Of a DNA stretch of 64,000 nt, positions 61,874 through 64,000 are shown piece by piece (the first letter of the stretch is position 1; each line of letters opens with the position of its first letter). Both the position numbers and the translations under genes were made by a program. Origin of the DNA: Nemertoderma westbladi (lineage: Eukaryota; Animalia; Xenacoelomorpha); contig JAUCBJ010008277.1 in the NCBI GenBank assembly GCA_032718475.1, forward strand, positions 1 to 64,000. The letters run 5' to 3'. The notes beneath the pieces are model-generated. The model was not told where the DNA came from, searched no databases, and worked only from the letters and a program-made list of their open reading frames with translations.

Positions 61874-62869
61874 ATGGCGGACTCATCTTTGCCGAGCGGT
61901 TGGGAAATGCACGTTGACGAGAATGGATGGCCGTATTTCTACGACTCAACCACTAAGACCTCCAGTTGGATCGACCCGCGGAAAGTCCCAAACTCCCACC
62001 ACCACAACCTCAACGATAGCTTCCCCGACTTTCCCTTCACAAGTTTATCGGACTTCCGGGACCCGCTGCAGGAACACCCGTACTTCCGGGACACCGCCGA
62101 TATGTTCCGCGACTTCCCGCGGATGGGCGGGCCATCCTTCACCCCATCCCGTAACCCCGAGTTACTGGTACCGGAGCAGCAACCCAAGTTGTCGTCATCC
62201 TGCACAAACTCGCCCAACATCCCCCGCCGTCTCAACCCGGAGCGTCGCAACGACCTCCAACGATCGGCTCACGATCTATCCACCGAACCGCGGCTCGACA
62301 CAGTTTATAGCGAAGTCGTAGACATACCGGTGCGACATGAGACAGCCCCGCTACCAGTTAAAAAGAGCTCTACGGAGAAAAAACCTAAAACGGTGCGCAC
62401 TCAGATCAACATACCGGTACTTCAGGTACCAGGTCGGCCAACTAATACGGATGGTCATACTGCAAAATCAATCCCTAAATCTTTTCATAAAGTTAACCAC
62501 GTCACACAAAGTGTTGATGACGTAACGCCGCATGATCCTCGACATGACGTCACTTCCGGTGTCCACAATAGCGTCGATTCCACATCAGCAGTGCCCCCGG
62601 ATCACCCAAATCAGGTCTCACCAGTGGCGATAATCGGGCACATCTTGCAATCCGTGGCTCAGATCGAGACGGAGGTCAACGCGTTCGAGGGCCGCACCAA
62701 CGGGCCCGACTATAACCGACTACAGGAGGCCCTGATGCAGAACTTACTGAAACTCGACGCGGTGGATAGTTGCGGGCAGGCAGCGATCCGGGGTACGAGG
62801 AAGGCCGCAGTGCAGACCATACAGCGGGTCCTAAAGGTTCTCGACGAGAGAGCCACGTCTGCGAAATAG
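61874..62869 (+). CDS. BAG3: BAG family co-chaperone BAG3-like (WW, two IPV motifs, BAG domain), intronless, 331 aa
   Basis: LPSGWEMHVDENGWPYFYDSTTKTSSWIDPR (WW); DIPVRHE and NIPVLQV; Y.RLQEALMQNLLKLDAVDSCGQAAIRGTRKAAVQTIQRVL (BAG). Confidence 0.93.
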   Translation: MADSSLPSGWEMHVDENGWPYFYDSTTKTSSWIDPRKVPNSHHHNLNDSFPDFPFTSLSDFRDPLQEHPYFRDTADMFRDFPRMGGPSFTPSRNPELLVPEQQPKLSSSCTNSPNIPRRLNPERRNDLQRSAHDLSTEPRLDTVYSEVVDIPVRHETAPLPVKKSSTEKKPKTVRTQINIPVLQVPGRPTNTDGHTAKSIPKSFHKVNHVTQSVDDVTPHDPRHDVTSGVHNSVDSTSAVPPDHPNQVSPVAIIGHILQSVAQIETEVNAFEGRTNGPDYNRLQEALMQNLLKLDAVDSCGQAAIRGTRKAAVQTIQRVLKVLDERATSAK

Positions 62870-63469
62870 TCTGAGTGGCTCGGGGTTCTATCCATTCTTT
62901 AGCACGAGTTGCAATTATTTGAATGCACGAGTTATTGTCATTTTAGCCGAGTTGTGTGTGAACTTGAATACCTCTCACTTATTTTATATTTTATACCTGG
63001 AATTTGATTTAAATTAAATTGTTATCATTTATACCTACCGGTACTGTAGTAATATTTGGAGCTCTATGTGTTCATGGTGCATTCGAATTGTAGGTTTACT
63101 TATAACTCTCGTGTTATCTTTACTTAACTATGTTTGAGGGTCACTTAATTGCACCAAAAACCAAACAATGACACATTTTCGAAGTTTATATTAGAATTAC
63201 ATATGATAATTGTTTTAAACATATGTTTTTAGAGGTTCCACAATTATTGTGTCTCACTACTAAAAACCTGCTGCAAAAATTTCAGCCAATTCCATCAAGC
63301 CGTTTTCGAAAAAAAGGTACATTTATTTCTAAATTTAACGAAAAATAAGATGCTGAGAAAAACACATTTTAAATTTTCAAACCTTCCCGCCAATTATATA
63401 TGTAAAACGTGGGAAATTTCAAAAATAAGCCAAAATATAATAAACTACTCCAGCGAACCAAAATTTACG

Positions 63470-63970
63470 ATTTTAGGGGTTTTCGCAGTCGCTAAATTCA
63501 TTTCTGATATCTGTTTTAATGCCTTAATGTTTTAACATCTGGACTGTCTGTTTGTCTGTCATTCTGTCTGTCTGACTGTCAATCTCACAGACAATAAATA
63601 AGTAAGCATACCACTTTACTATAATTTGTCATATAGGGGTTTTCCTAGTCACTGAATCCATTTCTGATGTCAATTTTAATATTTGACTGAACCTAGAATG
63701 TCTGTCTGTCTGTCAGTCAAAATATAAGGAGGCATATCACCTGAATAACATTTCAGATATGGGGGTTTTCCTAGTCGCTGATTGCATTTCCCATGTCATT
63801 TTTAATAATTGGATGAACCTAGACTGTCTGTTTAAGTCTGTCTGTATGTCTTTCTTGACAGACAGATCGACTGATAGACAATTATACATACAGGCATAAT
63901 AGACTCCTCCAAACAGGAAAGATAACACCAGAAATGAAATCACCGACCTTAAAACCCCCAGTGAAAATTT
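63470..63970. repeat. Degenerate ~150-bp repeats with (TCTG)n, probably a HINE-like relic
   Basis: Three copies of gggg(t)tttc..agtc(a/g)ct...cattt interspersed with tgtctgtctg. Confidence 0.45.
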
Positions 63971-64000
63971 TACTTACGTAGTGTGATTCGTTATGTTTTT

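Noticed and set aside
9288-62869. Functional apoptosis/Hippo gene cluster (SET, RASSF, XKR, BAG3)
   Set aside because: The thematic link is plausible by chance; the sequence gives no evidence of co-regulation or conserved linkage.

Overview
AT-rich metazoan (probably invertebrate) genomic DNA, not prokaryotic: there is no operon, CRISPR array or rRNA/tRNA gene. Recognisable genes are a histamine-N-methyltransferase-like SAM methyltransferase (+), SET/TAF-I (+), an 8-exon RASSF1/5-type gene (C1-RA-SARAH, 14530-38844, +, assembled by hand with consistent splice phases, ~456 aa), an XK-related scramblase (-) and BAG3 (+). Two orphan antisense genes are nested in RASSF introns: a Cys/Gly/Tyr-rich protein and a 2-exon helical plus beta-rich protein. 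The rest is mostly non-autonomous DNA transposons with readable TIRs/TSDs (hAT, Ginger1-like, IS3EU-like, Tc1/pogo-like, Mutator/foldback, Helentron/HINE-like), LINE and P-element relics, SINEs and five minisatellites. The most unusual feature is a 46-bp array that amplifies a real RASSF exon end plus its 5' splice site 15 times. Also notable are a two-state 44/45-bp array, a three-level transposon nest, a filled/empty insertion-site pair, and an AP-1/CRE-rich satellite. All family assignments come from visual motif recognition; no database search was run.
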